Shown here piece after piece: positions 8,043 through 18,595 of a stretch of DNA of 64,000 bases; the stretch's first letter is position 1; every line of letters begins with the position of its first letter. The stretch lies in the NCBI GenBank assembly GCA_028710275.1, contig JAQTUL010000001.1, forward strand, positions 921-64,920. The letters are read 5' to 3'. Source of the DNA: Candidatus Colwellbacteria bacterium (GTDB taxonomy: Bacteria > Patescibacteriota > Minisyncoccia > UBA6257 > Colwellbacteraceae). The position numbers and the translations under genes were made by a program. The notes beneath the pieces are model-generated. The model worked only from the letters and a program-made list of their open reading frames with translations. It made no database searches and was not told the origin of the DNA.

Positions 8043-9134
8043 CTAAATATTAAATTTATTCAAAACATTCGCAATCGTAACATTTGATACCCCGTAATCT
8101 TTTCCTAATTGAGTTTTTGTTACATCTTCATTGTTATATCGGTCATATATCTCTTGTCGTTGTTCGTCAGTTAATTTATGATGACGAGTTTTAAAATCTG
8201 GAGGAATATACGTCTCGTCAATCCATGATGTATTTCTTACAACATTATTTATACATGCGCGTGAAACACCATATTTTTCCATCATATCCTTTTCTCTTAA
8301 TTCTCCCGAGCAATAATCTTCTCTGATTCTCTTTACTATCTCCTTGTTCAGTTTAGCAACAACTCTTTTAGTTTTCGTTGTCGGTTCAGATACGGTTTTA
8401 AATTTTTCAGATTTCTCACCGTACTGTATATTAGTTCGTTTTCGATGACAATACTGACACAGCATTCTACACTTATCGATCTCCTTCTGGATTCTTTCTG
8501 TGCTATAAGTAGATCCCGCCATATTACTTATCATATAACTCTTAGTCTCGACATCTATATGATCAAATTCATAAAATGAGAGAATAGTGTTATCGAATAC
8601 ATCGGTGCAGCCTTCCATTTGACATCCACCGATTTTTACCTTTACTTCATCGACATACTTTCTATTTCTCTCCTTTCTCTTTCGTTTACTCGCAAGTCTC
8701 TTATCAGTTTCATCGATATTATTATCTCGTTCTTCTCGCTCGATATCTCTTTGTGATCTTGTATGTCTCGCGTGACATTTTCCGCATATAGTTCTCACTT
8801 TATCAAGTTCGATAAGTAGACTTTCCATCTTGAGTATAGCCGTTACATTTTTATATTTCTCTTTCGGATCGATATGATCAAAATGTATATGACTCATATC
8901 ATCGTCACCACATAGTTCACATTTATCTTTATGACTTTCAACAACATCTTTGGCTCTATTAGCTGTTGTTTTATAGCCCAGTCTCTGTACACGACAATCA
9001 AGACACATTTTAGTTTCTTGACCATTTCTCAAGTCTGCAAACTGTGATAGATTTTTTTCATCTTCACATATGTAACAGGTCTTGACTAATTCAATATAAA
9101 TCTCTTCGTCCGACTCTACTAAAGGGTTTGCCAT
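8043..9134 (-). CDS. HNH-type endonuclease-like protein with two Cys/His nuclease-like motifs and a C-terminal helix-turn-helix
   Basis: CELCGDDDMSHIHFDHIDPKEKYKN and GGCQMEGCTDVFDNTILSFYEFDHIDVE (HNH-like C..C...H.DHI). C-terminal LGKDYGVSNVTIANVLNKF is HTH-like. Confidence 0.4.
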   Translation of the reverse strand: MANPLVESDEEIYIELVKTCYICEDEKNLSQFADLRNGQETKMCLDCRVQRLGYKTTANRAKDVVESHKDKCELCGDDDMSHIHFDHIDPKEKYKNVTAILKMESLLIELDKVRTICGKCHARHTRSQRDIEREERDNNIDETDKRLASKRKRKERNRKYVDEVKVKIGGCQMEGCTDVFDNTILSFYEFDHIDVETKSYMISNMAGSTYSTERIQKEIDKCRMLCQYCHRKRTNIQYGEKSEKFKTVSEPTTKTKRVVAKLNKEIVKRIREDYCSGELREKDMMEKYGVSRACINNVVRNTSWIDETYIPPDFKTRHHKLTDEQRQEIYDRYNNEDVTKTQLGKDYGVSNVTIANVLNKFNI

Positions 9135-9250
9135 TATAACTATGAGTATAAATACATTTATAATTATTCAGTCCATATTCACTTTTGAATTGTGTGGACG
9201 AGCACTAATTGAGATAATTAATTAATTAATTATCTTGAGAATAATTAATT

Positions 9251-10069
9251 ATGTCATTTAGAAAAAATCACTGTCGAGATGACTCGATAAACTCTTCCGA
9301 TTCATGTAACTCTTCTGGTTCGGACTCGGACTCATCTTGTAACATTCGTAAATGTAAACCGCAACATTGTAATATACAGATAATTAACCAAGGGTGGTGT
9401 CCTCAAGGAAATTCAATTACGGGTGCTACTGGCCCTCAAGGAAATTCAATTACGGGTGCTACTGGACCTCAAGGAAATTCAATTACGGGTGCTACTGGAC
9501 CTCAAGGAAATTCAATTACGGGTGCTACTGGACCTCAAGGAAATTCAATTACGGGTGCTACTGGTCCTCAAGGCGATTCAATTACGGGTGCTACTGGTCC
9601 TCAAGGAAATTCAATTACGGGTCCTCAAGGAAATTCAATTACTGGTGCTACCGGCCCGTCTAATGTTCTTGGATATGGATACGTATATAATCTCACATCT
9701 ACTACAGTAGCGATCGAATCACCAATAAATTTTGATACCAACGGGCCTCTCCTTGGAATTTCTCATACACCATCTTCACCTTCGATTATATTTTCCGAAT
9801 CGGGAGTATATTCAATTATATTTTCTGTATCAGGAACTCAACCTAATCAGTTTGCAATATTTATAAATGGTGTTCCTGATGGTTCGACAATTTACGGATC
9901 GGGAGCGGGAACACAACAAAATACTGGTCCATCAATAATTTTAATAACTTCAGGTGACGTATTGACTCTGGTAAATCATAGTTCAGCTTCAGCTGTAACA
10001 CTGGATTCTGTGATTGGTGGTACACAAGCAAACGTAAATGCCTCTATACAGATAGTGAGAATCGCATAA
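9251..10069 (+). CDS. Tandem 11-aa repeat protein ([11 protein letters not shown] x~10) with C-terminal C1q/TNF/BclA-like beta-sandwich tail; putative surface fibre
   Basis: 33-nt in-frame repeats. The repeat is not strict G-X-Y collagen. C-terminus [36 protein letters not shown]...[11 protein letters not shown] resembles C1q/BclA C-terminal domains. Confidence 0.5.
   Translation: MSFRKNHCRDDSINSSDSCNSSGSDSDSSCNIRKCKPQHCNIQIINQGWCPQGNSITGATGPQGNSITGATGPQGNSITGATGPQGNSITGATGPQGNSITGATGPQGDSITGATGPQGNSITGPQGNSITGATGPSNVLGYGYVYNLTSTTVAIESPINFDTNGPLLGISHTPSSPSIIFSESGVYSIIFSVSGTQPNQFAIFINGVPDGSTIYGSGAGTQQNTGPSIILITSGDVLTLVNHSSASAVTLDSVIGGTQANVNASIQIVRIA
9405..9655 (+). repeat. 33-nt tandem coding repeat (~7.5 copies)
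   Basis: tcaattacgggtgctactgg(a/c)cctcaaggaaat repeated. Confidence 0.8.
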
Positions 10070-10079
10070 CTTAATACAT

Positions 10080-10100
10080 CTCAAAACTCCGGGTTTTGAG
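10080..10100. terminator. Hairpin ctcaaaac-tccgg-gttttgag just after the stop of 9251..10069
   Basis: 8-bp arms. Confidence 0.45.
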
Positions 10101-10144
10101 AATCCAATACTTTCAAATTATATTGGTCAACCAACCAATATAAT

Positions 10145-10411
10145 TTATACTCTCTTCCATTCCGCCTCCTTATTCTCCTCCTTCTTCCATACGGAGACAA
10201 GATCCTTAATCTCTAGAACCGTGAGTGTCTTCTTAACCGGAGGGGTTCGATGAGATAGCCATTGAAGGAACTCATTGATATTCTTCTCATTGTCGTCCAT
10301 CTCAATAAAGAATCCCATAAACTCATTTCCTACAAAACAGTTACAGTTCTCATATCCACCACATTTTTGTACGCGGAGAAGATGTTCCCAGTTATTAGAA
10401 GAAGAAGACAT
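10145..10411 (-). CDS. Small hypothetical protein (88 aa)
   Basis: ORF only. Confidence 0.3.
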   Translation of the reverse strand: MSSSSNNWEHLLRVQKCGGYENCNCFVGNEFMGFFIEMDDNEKNINEFLQWLSHRTPPVKKTLTVLEIKDLVSVWKKEENKEAEWKRV

Positions 10412-10510
10412 TCAGTATCGTGGTTGATGTGAATAAAAGATAGATCCCGGTGACAGTGATTATCAAAGACATGTATGATACTCTGTCTAGTATAAAACAT
10501 AACATCACTT

Positions 10511-11074
10511 TTAAAGTTCAACTTCAAATCTATCGATTCGTCCGGTACAAAGGCAGTTACCCAAATGGTATTCACGTCCATACATGTATTCGACTGCTCT
10601 CTTACTATCTCCTCGCAAGTTAAGAAGAGTGATACCATACGTCTTCAATTCACATTCATCGTCTCCCCACGTAACATGAGTAAGGATTTCAGGTAGATTC
10701 TCTTCTAATTCTGTAACAGGACGAGATTCCTTGGTAAAGGATCCGAGAACTGGTGTACGACTTTGTGTGTAAGTCGCATCAATCCAAATGGTACTCTGAC
10801 CACGCAACTGGATTGGTTCACAAGAATGAGGTTGAAACGGACAATGTGCGTCGATGTAGTACCATCCGTTACAATGCTTTCCGACATTATGAGTTTTACC
10901 GTAGAGATCTATCTGTCGAGGCATACGATCGGCTTTAATAATAATCTTATTAATGATTTCTACCGATCCAATATTAGGCCATGCAGTGACATCAGGGTAT
11001 TCTGTGATACAATTTGCATAAGCACCTTCAAGCTTCCCCTCTCCTGTAATTAGTTGAAATATAGCAGCTGACAT
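10511..11074 (-). CDS. Hypothetical protein (187 aa)
   Basis: ORF only. Confidence 0.4.
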   Translation of the reverse strand: MSAAIFQLITGEGKLEGAYANCITEYPDVTAWPNIGSVEIINKIIIKADRMPRQIDLYGKTHNVGKHCNGWYYIDAHCPFQPHSCEPIQLRGQSTIWIDATYTQSRTPVLGSFTKESRPVTELEENLPEILTHVTWGDDECELKTYGITLLNLRGDSKRAVEYMYGREYHLGNCLCTGRIDRFEVEL

Positions 11075-11112
11075 TCTGATACTATAACTACACTTTCTTT
11101 CTTTAATACGGT

Positions 11113-11517
11113 TTAACGGCTCTTCTTATACGCCTCGATGAGTGTGATGAACGTATCGAAATAGGTCCAGATAACAGCGCGATCCTCCTTGTCGAGGAGA
11201 GTAGATGTCCACAATCTCTTGAAATGAAGTACCTTTCCTGTATCTAGCATTCCAAAGATATTGTTCTCTTCAAGGAAGAATTTATCATTTCGTTTGGAAA
11301 TGATATCCTTGTGTGGAAGGACGTGATGAACGAAAGAATCGGCAATAGTCGCAACAGGTACCTGATCCTCAAAAAATACACGAATGATTATGAGATCTGA
11401 TTCCTGGGGGAAGATGTCGATCAGATCATCGATAAATTGCATAATACCTCTTTTAAACCTCTGAAGAATATCAACAGACGATGGTGCGGGTTTAGACTTT
11501 GAAAGAACTACAGACAT
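11113..11517 (-). CDS. Hypothetical protein (134 aa)
   Basis: ORF only. Confidence 0.4.
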   Translation of the reverse strand: MSVVLSKSKPAPSSVDILQRFKRGIMQFIDDLIDIFPQESDLIIIRVFFEDQVPVATIADSFVHHVLPHKDIISKRNDKFFLEENNIFGMLDTGKVLHFKRLWTSTLLDKEDRAVIWTYFDTFITLIEAYKKSR

Positions 11518-11590
11518 AACGAGAAAAGGTTATATAACAGAATATTTCTTAAACCTTCTGTTTAAGAAATATAATTACTCTTTGTCAACC

Positions 11591-11806
11591 TTATTGAATA
11601 CAGCATATAGCCTCTTGACGAAGAAAGGAGGATTTTTTCTCGACCCACATTCCACTTTCAAGTGTATCAGCACACGTTTGTTGATTTTTATCCTTGAGAA
11701 GAACTTTGTCGTCGTGAACACCAATGACACAAACTTTTCTCCATTCACCGAGCATCCACACAACAACCTCGTCACCAATAGAGTACTCTTCTGTACCAAC
11801 CATCAC
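11591..11806 (-). CDS. Small hypothetical protein (71 aa)
   Basis: ORF only. Alternative-frame ORF 11575..11799 overlaps. Confidence 0.25.
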   Translation of the reverse strand: MMVGTEEYSIGDEVVVWMLGEWRKVCVIGVHDDKVLLKDKNQQTCADTLESGMWVEKKSSFLRQEAICCIQ

Positions 11807-11858
11807 GAATAGGGAAGTGATACTCTCTTTTTCTATTTAGAAAAATACAGTTTTTACC

Positions 11859-13187
11859 TTATATCACTAAATACTTATTTTTTGTGATTTCTAAAAACGG
11901 TTGATCTATCCAATTGTAAAGAGGAGAATCTATAATTATAAAAATATCTCTTTTCATAAGGTCTAAAAGATACAGTCCAAAATTCTCAACCGTTGTTTTT
12001 GATATTTGGTTGTACGCTATTCTAATCATCTTTATTCCGCATTCGACAGCTGCATAATTTTTGATAAGATCTCTCTGTCTACATTCTTCAAATTTAACGG
12101 GTGTTTTGTGCATAAATTCCCCAAATTTAAAATGTTGAGCTCCATCAAATTCAAGATAGTACTTACATTCATTATAAGAAAATTCAAAATCGTATCTCAA
12201 ATTACCTTTTAATATATTATTTTTTGTTTGTGTATCAAACTCTATATTTAATTTTCTCAACACAGCAATTATAAATTTTTCACCACCAGATTGTACGCAA
12301 CGATTACACATCCCATTTCCTCTTTGTATACTATTAGGTCTAGGATTACACACGTGATTATCACTGCATAAACATTTAACGGGGGTCATGACATTGATAT
12401 ATTCTCCAACAACGTTTCCACCAAACTCTTTTATTCGATCATAAAAGTTTTGTTTAGATGTTTCCAAATCATTATTAGCACATATTCTACATATTCCATT
12501 TCCTCTTTGTATACTATTAGGGCTAGGATTACACACGTGATTATTACTGCATAAACATTCGATCGGTAATACACTATTGATATATTCTCCAACAACTTTT
12601 CCACCTAGTTCTTTTATTAGCTCATAAAAATTTTGTTTAGATGTTTCGGGGTCATTATTAGCACATATTCTACATATTCCATTACCATTACGCACACATC
12701 CGGGTCTTGGATTACATTTATGATTATTAACACATATACAGTCTACCGGTATATCCTTTCCTTTATATTCACCAACAACTTTTCCACCTAGTGCTTGTAT
12801 CTGATTATAAAAATTTTGTTTGGATGTTTCCGAATCATTTTTAGCACATATTTTACATATTCCCTGTCCTTGTTGGACGCATCCAGGTCTTGGATTACAT
12901 TTATGATTGTTAACACATATACAGTCTACCGGTATATCTTTTCCTTTATATTCACCTATAACTTTTCCACCTAGTGCTTTTATTCTCTTATTAAATCTCT
13001 GTGATGATTGCTCTAATGTGAACAAATTTATCATATCCGGTAGTAAGTGGTTTTTACATCTTATACCGTAGTCTTTTTGTTCATAATTATGAACGGCTCG
13101 TCGATTGCATATTTCACATTTATTTTTTATCTCTTTCTTTTCCTCCTCACAATCTGATTCAAAAATAATTTCCGCGAATATGGACAT
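11859..13187 (-). CDS. Four tandem Cys-rich (zinc-ribbon-like) repeats plus a C-terminal endonuclease-like domain (RYDFEF...YYLEFDGAQHF)
   Basis: Four ~47-aa repeats NFY..I.ALGGKVVGEYKGKDIPVDCICVNNHKCNPRPGC...GICKICA. The C-terminal E-x-DG-x-QH block is shared with 41616..43193. Confidence 0.45.
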   Translation of the reverse strand: MSIFAEIIFESDCEEEKKEIKNKCEICNRRAVHNYEQKDYGIRCKNHLLPDMINLFTLEQSSQRFNKRIKALGGKVIGEYKGKDIPVDCICVNNHKCNPRPGCVQQGQGICKICAKNDSETSKQNFYNQIQALGGKVVGEYKGKDIPVDCICVNNHKCNPRPGCVRNGNGICRICANNDPETSKQNFYELIKELGGKVVGEYINSVLPIECLCSNNHVCNPSPNSIQRGNGICRICANNDLETSKQNFYDRIKEFGGNVVGEYINVMTPVKCLCSDNHVCNPRPNSIQRGNGMCNRCVQSGGEKFIIAVLRKLNIEFDTQTKNNILKGNLRYDFEFSYNECKYYLEFDGAQHFKFGEFMHKTPVKFEECRQRDLIKNYAAVECGIKMIRIAYNQISKTTVENFGLYLLDLMKRDIFIIIDSPLYNWIDQPFLEITKNKYLVI

Positions 13188-13211
13188 TTGAATAGTTAAT
13201 TAACTATTCAA
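13188..13211. terminator. Perfect 24-nt palindrome ttgaatagttaattaactattcaa after the stop of the XRN gene
   Basis: Verified palindrome. Confidence 0.5.
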
Positions 13212-13232
13212 ATAATACTGTTTGATCAATTT

Positions 13233-14960
13233 TTAAACAAACGACGTTTTGACTTGTCCATTGTAGTTATAGTATTTCATACTTTTTCCTAGTTTATTTC
13301 GCTTCTGTTCAATTTCAGTCAGATCAGACTTCTTAGTATTATAAGCATCCTTCAAGCGATCGACATTCACAAACGGTAACACAGCGACACCTTCAAACTC
13401 TTTCTTCTTACCATCTAAATCTATCTCAAAATCCGACGGATAAAAATCTGCAATAACGGAATCGTCATCTGCGACAAGATTCTTAAGCGCTGATGGAAGA
13501 ATATCCACGCTTCCCGGAGGCATAACTGCCAATAATTGTTCGAACGATGAAAGAGGCCCTCTATTCTCAAATAAAATTTCACCGTCAAAATCATCCACAC
13601 TCTCATACATATCCATAAAAAATGGTGATTTATGAAATGGATAAAACCATTGATAATCTGGGATCCCATCAATATAGTAACGAATCACGAACAACATACC
13701 CTTAAAGTATTCGTGACACACATCATATGGTTCCGTATCGTGAAGCTTCTTCTCATAGTACAGTTTTCTATATTTATTGAAGTCGAGTTTAGGAGTGGTT
13801 CCATTTCCTGATGAAGAAGAACTACCATCCTTTGACTCCTTCAAACTCTCAGTGATACAGGAAGCCAGAACCGTATCTGGAAAATCCAAACTTCGATCTT
13901 GTGACTTCGTCAAAAGTCTCTCTTTTTCTCCTTGAGCGAGTGAATAGAAAAGTTGACCGAGAGCCTTAGTGTTCAAGGACAGTTCTCCTGTTTTCTTTGA
14001 TCGGTACACGAGATGTCCATGGTTTGTTGCGATACGCGGATACGTTTCCATCAGGACATCTAACCCATCGTTGGAAATCTCTAGTGATGGAATATGGGGG
14101 AGAAAATCATTACCGAGCATAAAACAGATTAGAATAAAATCGTAGATGAGTTGAGTATCAGTATATACATGTTCACCTGACCCCCATCGAAACTGTTTAA
14201 TAATAATTTCCCTAAACTTGTTGACATCAACAACGAAATACTTGCAGTCTATACTCTTGTAGATATTTTCTCTGATAATGTAGATATTTGGATTCGGAAG
14301 TGATAGAGTCAACATTAGGAGATCTGCATCAGGTGAGTCGATGCAGAACGACATAGCAGAATTACTTTTCATATATTGAATAATCTTGTGTTCTCCCTCT
14401 CCAGGAACCTTCTCGTTGGAGAAGATCACCTCAAGATTTGCCCACTCCGGATTCTCAGAAAGTTGTCGTTGAATATTGATATGAACATACTTGGAGAGAT
14501 TATTCATAAACTCACTTCCAGTAGTAATGCTGTTAGAATCGAAAGTCCGACTTTTATCTTTCGATTTCGCGGAGACAAATCTACGTTGTCGCTGCTGGCA
14601 CATCTTTGCCATACAAGCAACTCCGTCCGTCGCAAAGATGAATCTCTTGGATGGATTCACAATCTTTCGAAGTTCATCGGTCTTTCTACACAATTGAGAG
14701 AAGATCTGTTTCTCATGAGGAGGTTCCCTTTGTTTCGGTTTTCGGTGAAGAAAGCTCTTCTTCGGATCCGAGTTTCCGTATCCATGTGCTTTCTGACACA
14801 CGGGATGGATAATAGCATTGTTATCCAGAGCATAACACTCAACCTCCAGATTCAGATCCCTAAAAGTCTGTCCATGCTTCAATTTAATGAGACACTCCGG
14901 GTGAGTTGCGTTGATCCAGTAGAAGAGACGAGGAATACCCACGATTGCTGACCTGTACAC
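13233..14960 (-). CDS. XRN-family 5'-3' exoribonuclease (N-terminal catalytic domains only, 575 aa)
   Basis: VGIPRLFYWI matches XRN1 MGVPKFFRWL. YALDNNAIIHPVCQ matches LYLDMNGIIHNC. FIFATDGVACMAKMCQQRQRRF matches IDGVAPRAKMNQQRSRRF. Confidence 0.85.
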   Translation of the reverse strand: MYRSAIVGIPRLFYWINATHPECLIKLKHGQTFRDLNLEVECYALDNNAIIHPVCQKAHGYGNSDPKKSFLHRKPKQREPPHEKQIFSQLCRKTDELRKIVNPSKRFIFATDGVACMAKMCQQRQRRFVSAKSKDKSRTFDSNSITTGSEFMNNLSKYVHINIQRQLSENPEWANLEVIFSNEKVPGEGEHKIIQYMKSNSAMSFCIDSPDADLLMLTLSLPNPNIYIIRENIYKSIDCKYFVVDVNKFREIIIKQFRWGSGEHVYTDTQLIYDFILICFMLGNDFLPHIPSLEISNDGLDVLMETYPRIATNHGHLVYRSKKTGELSLNTKALGQLFYSLAQGEKERLLTKSQDRSLDFPDTVLASCITESLKESKDGSSSSSGNGTTPKLDFNKYRKLYYEKKLHDTEPYDVCHEYFKGMLFVIRYYIDGIPDYQWFYPFHKSPFFMDMYESVDDFDGEILFENRGPLSSFEQLLAVMPPGSVDILPSALKNLVADDDSVIADFYPSDFEIDLDGKKKEFEGVAVLPFVNVDRLKDAYNTKKSDLTEIEQKRNKLGKSMKYYNYNGQVKTSFV

Positions 14961-15129
14961 AGGATTGGGTTTAGTAAACCGAAATCAGGAGTAGAATAAT
15001 AATTCTTATATTATTCTACTGTTACTCACTTTTATATCTCTGAAAAAGTTCATATTATTGGGAAACAATTATTTTTATTGGGAAATAAAGTTAAGATGAT
15101 TAATACCCTGAACTCTCCGACCAAAGTGA

Positions 15130-15193
15130 ATTGTTAGTAATCTGTACAACGAGAACAAATTATGGGTAACGAATTTGATAAGACAGAAGTTAA
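15130..15193 (+). pseudogene. Decayed 3'-end fragment of a third copy of the paralogous gene family (cf. 16820-16883)
   Basis: tagtaatctgtacaacgagaacaaattatgggtaacgaatttgataag[22-nt deletion]acagaagttaa aligns to the last codons of 15906..16883. Confidence 0.45.
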
Positions 15194-15905
15194 AAGATTG
15201 TTTTCGGAGATCACAACCATTTCCGAAACTGGAAAGTTTTTCGGTGGAGAGGTCGCCTCTCTCACAAATATTGAGAGAGTTTGATATACTTTTTTCAATT
15301 TCAAATAGTTTTAGAAACGGGATTCTCTCTGAACTCCGAAAGTCATAATCCGAAAAGAATGCGTGATAGAGTATAAATCGGAGTTTTGACTTTCAGAGTT
15401 TATCTCTGATCTCCGAAATATGCGATTTCGGAAAATCGTATTACATAGTATGTAATAATATTACAATAAATTACATACTATGTAATACGATTGCGATATA
15501 TGTAATTTATTGTAATACGATTGCAAGTTGTTGCAACCATACGATTGATATGCTGTAAACCGTAATTGACAATTCGGAGTTTTTCAGAGATCACACCCAT
15601 TTCCGAAACCAGAAAGTTTTTCGGCGGAGAGGTCGCCTCTCTCTCAAATATTGAGAGAGTTTGATATACTTTTTTCAATTTCAAATAGTTTTAGAAAAGG
15701 GGATTCCCTCTGAACTCCGAAAGTCATAACTCAAATTTATACAGTAACAGAGATTATTTTCAACTTATGACTTTCGGAGTGTTTTTTGGATCTCTGAAAG
15801 TCTGATTTTCGGAAAATAAGATGACGATTTATTGTAATACAATTACATCAGATGACGATTTATTGTAATACAATGTTAAACGATTACAATAATATGTAAT
15901 CCCAA
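15194..15905. repeat. Palindrome-rich non-coding region holding two ~150-bp direct repeats (~15199-15348 and ~15572-15735), (t)gtaatac(g)att repeats and nested hairpins. Homologous in inverted orientation to 58419-58740
   Basis: Contains palindromes gagaggtcgcctctc and ctctc(t)caaatattgagagag, hairpin ctccgaaagtcataa...ttatgactttcggag, and attacatactatg/catagtatgtaat inverted repeats. Confidence 0.65.
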
Positions 15906-16883
15906 ATGTTTACTTGTGAATACTGCGGTAAAGAGTTGACAACCAAATCGGTTCTTCGAAATCATCAAGAAAAGGCAAAGTATTGTCTAGAAAAACAAAA
16001 TAAGACTATTCGTCACGAAATCAAATGTAGTTTTTGCAACAAAGAATTTAGCGCAAAAAACAGAAAAGAAACACACGAGGCTAAATGCCCACATCGAATA
16101 GAGAAGGAGAGATTGGAATTACTTGTATTAAAAGAGATTGATACCGACCATAAATCTCTCCGTGAAGATTATAAAACTCTTGAAACAACCCATAAAACTT
16201 TGTCAGATAACTATAAAACTTTGTCAGATAACTATAAAACTCTTGATACCAAACATAATTCTCTATCTGAAGACAATAAAACTCTTAGTACAAAAATCGC
16301 CTCTCTTCTAGAAGAGAATATCTCTCTCAAACTTGAAAAACAGAGAGCAGACATATACTCTGAGTTATACAACAAAGAACAAATATTCGTTCACGAACAG
16401 AGTAAGAGATTGGTAGAGAAGTCAGGTGTTACCACAACAAACATCAAAGCAAAGAATATAACTATGAACGCTCTTAATCTCTCTCAAGAACGACTAGAAT
16501 CGATTAAAGATACCTACACTATAAAACATTATGAACGAGGTGGAATAGGCCAAGCTGATTGGGTGGTTGATAATGTACTCAGAGATGAATCGGGAAACCT
16601 TATTTACAAATGTACAGATAAAAACCGGAAGAATTTCATTTACCACGACAATAAAGGAGATGTAGTAACAGACATACAGGCTAAGAAACTAAAAGAAGCC
16701 ATACTTCCTATTATGAGTACAAAACTGAAGGAGTTCAAGAAGATCAAATGTGCTGAACTCGCTGAACAAAGCGACGATGAGAGTGAATTGTTAGAACAGT
16801 ATAGTAATCTATACAACGAGAATAAATCCATGGGTAACGAATTTGATAAGAGACTAGTTGAGAAGACATATGACAGAAGTTAA
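15906..16883 (+). CDS. Paralog A: C2H2-like zinc-finger plus coiled-coil (YKTLSDN heptad-like repeats) protein
   Basis: MFTCEYCGKELTTKSVLRNHQEKAKYC...CSFCNKEFSAKNRKETHEAKCPH. About 75% identical to 57537..58418 on the opposite strand. Confidence 0.55.
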   Translation: MFTCEYCGKELTTKSVLRNHQEKAKYCLEKQNKTIRHEIKCSFCNKEFSAKNRKETHEAKCPHRIEKERLELLVLKEIDTDHKSLREDYKTLETTHKTLSDNYKTLSDNYKTLDTKHNSLSEDNKTLSTKIASLLEENISLKLEKQRADIYSELYNKEQIFVHEQSKRLVEKSGVTTTNIKAKNITMNALNLSQERLESIKDTYTIKHYERGGIGQADWVVDNVLRDESGNLIYKCTDKNRKNFIYHDNKGDVVTDIQAKKLKEAILPIMSTKLKEFKKIKCAELAEQSDDESELLEQYSNLYNENKSMGNEFDKRLVEKTYDRS

Positions 16884-17034
16884 ATTCATAGTATTATGAC
16901 TATTCATGAGCATTTATGTTAATAGGTCATTTGAAATAATGACTACAATAAAGATGTTTATGTATGAGTAAAATTTAACAAAGTCTGATGAGAAGTTAAA
17001 GTGATACGATTAGTTAATATCTCTATATTAACTA

Positions 17035-17385
17035 ATGAGTCAGGATTGGATCCATATGTATTTCGTTGTGAATAGTTCACTTGATATGGGTAAAGGTAAG
17101 ATTGCTGGACAAGTTGGTCACACAACCGAGAAGCTTATTCGTCGACTAGAGAAGAACCCGACAAAAAATTATTCAGCATGGAGAACATCTGGTAACGCCA
17201 AGATTGTTCTAAAAGCAAAGGAGGGCGACCTTGAGGATCTTATCAAGAAATACGATAAGATTTGTGAGTATGTCATCGATGCAGGAAAGACACAGATCAC
17301 AGCTAACTCTCTAACTGTGGTAGGATTTATTCCTCTCACGTCGGAAGAGGTTCCTCCAGAGATAAAGAAGATGAAGTTGATGTGA
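17035..17385 (+). CDS. Peptidyl-tRNA hydrolase, PTH2 family
   Basis: LDMGKGKIAGQVGHTT, KIVLKAKEGDLEDLIKK, IDAGKTQITANSLTVVGFIP match the PTH2 consensus (MGKGKIAAQ..H / DAGRTQI..GS.TVLGIGP). Confidence 0.7.
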   Translation: MSQDWIHMYFVVNSSLDMGKGKIAGQVGHTTEKLIRRLEKNPTKNYSAWRTSGNAKIVLKAKEGDLEDLIKKYDKICEYVIDAGKTQITANSLTVVGFIPLTSEEVPPEIKKMKLM

Positions 17386-17387
17386 GA

Positions 17388-18518
17388 TCACTCCAATTTT
17401 AATCTCTGTTTCTCTGCCGACGAAAGAGGCGTGCGTGATTCTCTTGTGATGATGAATGGTGCATACGGATTATGTTGAACTCCGTAACATGTGTTATGAA
17501 CATAAATAACATCTTTGTTGGATGTTAGTGATTCGATTGGTTCTTTCTTTGCCACCCAGCATCCTCGTCGCATTATAAAAGTTCCATTTGTTAGTGTCCA
17601 ATCTGTATGGTAGTTCACGACAGGTATATGGAAACTCATGTTATTCACTCGAGCCATATACAAAAATTTTAAGTCGGATAGCTTATCCAAATTAAGTTTG
17701 TATTTATCCATAGTTTCCGTCTCTGTAGAGTTGACCTGCTGACGTCTGAATTCGATATAGTCGTGCGAATATTCCTTTGCGAATGCGATTAGGGATTCAG
17801 GTGGAATGTTGAACGTACTGTTCGGATAGAATGTTTGACATTCAATCGTGGAGTCGACCATACTACCGGAAATTTTCTCCACGATTTCATCCCTGGTTTT
17901 AATCTGTTCTTCGAGGATTCTTATCTTCTTCTCCAATCCAAGTATTCTATCGTTTTGGATCTTCTTCTCTCTTTCTCCCTCATCACATGGGATTTTCTTC
18001 AGCAACACATCGAATGATTCATCGATGCTCTCGACTCGACAAGAGATTATGATTCCTCCCTCAACATCACATTGCTTGTAATGATTACGACTGAATATTT
18101 TCTCGATTTGGTCGGGTCTCTTCTTAATATACATTCCGAGAAGAGATGTTGAACCCAATGCGTCGATCGTTATCTCTCCAGTATACTGTTCATGTGATCT
18201 TTCATACAAAAGAGTCCATGAATTCTGATCCTTTACTTTACACGAAATGGAATCATCAGATTCCTTGATTTCATCCTGATCTTCAACTTCGACCGATTCC
18301 TTGATTTCATCCTGATCTTCAACTTCGAGATCATACACTTCGATGATCAGCTGATCATCGAAGTTGAGATCCACCTTTTTACCGTTGACAACTTTGTGTG
18401 ACACGGTTCTCTTCGCAACGTTGAGAAGATAGACATTGTTGGACTTGTTTTCAATAAAGTAAACCTGCCCCTTAAGTTCTCCATCCTTGAACTTCTTGGC
18501 TTGAATAGTGAGTGACAT
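17388..18518 (-). CDS. Hypothetical protein (376 aa) with an internal 36-nt duplication (VEVEDQDEIKES x2)
   Basis: ORF. Motif about 65 nt upstream. Confidence 0.45.
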   Translation of the reverse strand: MSLTIQAKKFKDGELKGQVYFIENKSNNVYLLNVAKRTVSHKVVNGKKVDLNFDDQLIIEVYDLEVEDQDEIKESVEVEDQDEIKESDDSISCKVKDQNSWTLLYERSHEQYTGEITIDALGSTSLLGMYIKKRPDQIEKIFSRNHYKQCDVEGGIIISCRVESIDESFDVLLKKIPCDEGEREKKIQNDRILGLEKKIRILEEQIKTRDEIVEKISGSMVDSTIECQTFYPNSTFNIPPESLIAFAKEYSHDYIEFRRQQVNSTETETMDKYKLNLDKLSDLKFLYMARVNNMSFHIPVVNYHTDWTLTNGTFIMRRGCWVAKKEPIESLTSNKDVIYVHNTCYGVQHNPYAPFIITRESRTPLSSAEKQRLKLE

Positions 18519-18578
18519 CGTTGAAAGTGAGTTAAGATCAATGATCGAAAGTGAGTGATATTCCCTTCATTAATATTT

Positions 18579-18595
18579 AAAAAATCACTTTTTAT
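18579..18595 (-). promoter_or_regulatory. Upstream motif instance (aaaaaatcacttttta), overlapping the stop codon of the upstream gene Confidence 0.45.

Noticed and set aside
9405-9655. Regular 33-nt direct repeats that could suggest a CRISPR array
   Set aside because: No unique spacers. Repeats are contiguous, in-frame, and encode [11 protein letters not shown] units of a collagen-like protein. No cas genes.
9394-9710. ORFs 9394..9663 and 9423..9710 (+)
   Set aside because: Alternative frames of the same tandem repeat (repetitive FNYGCYW / KEIQLRVLL artefacts).
10330-10638. ORF 10330..10638 (-)
   Set aside because: Overlaps both neighbouring, better-supported ORFs (10145..10411 and 10511..11074) in another frame.
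13421-14951. ORFs 13421..13672 (-), 14376..14951 (+), 14491..14697 (+), 14657..14842 (-)
   Set aside because: Nested within or antisense to the XRN exonuclease gene.
15478-15684. ORF 15478..15684 (-) within the 15.2-15.9 kb region
   Set aside because: Lies entirely in palindromic or direct non-coding repeats. Translation is low-complexity.
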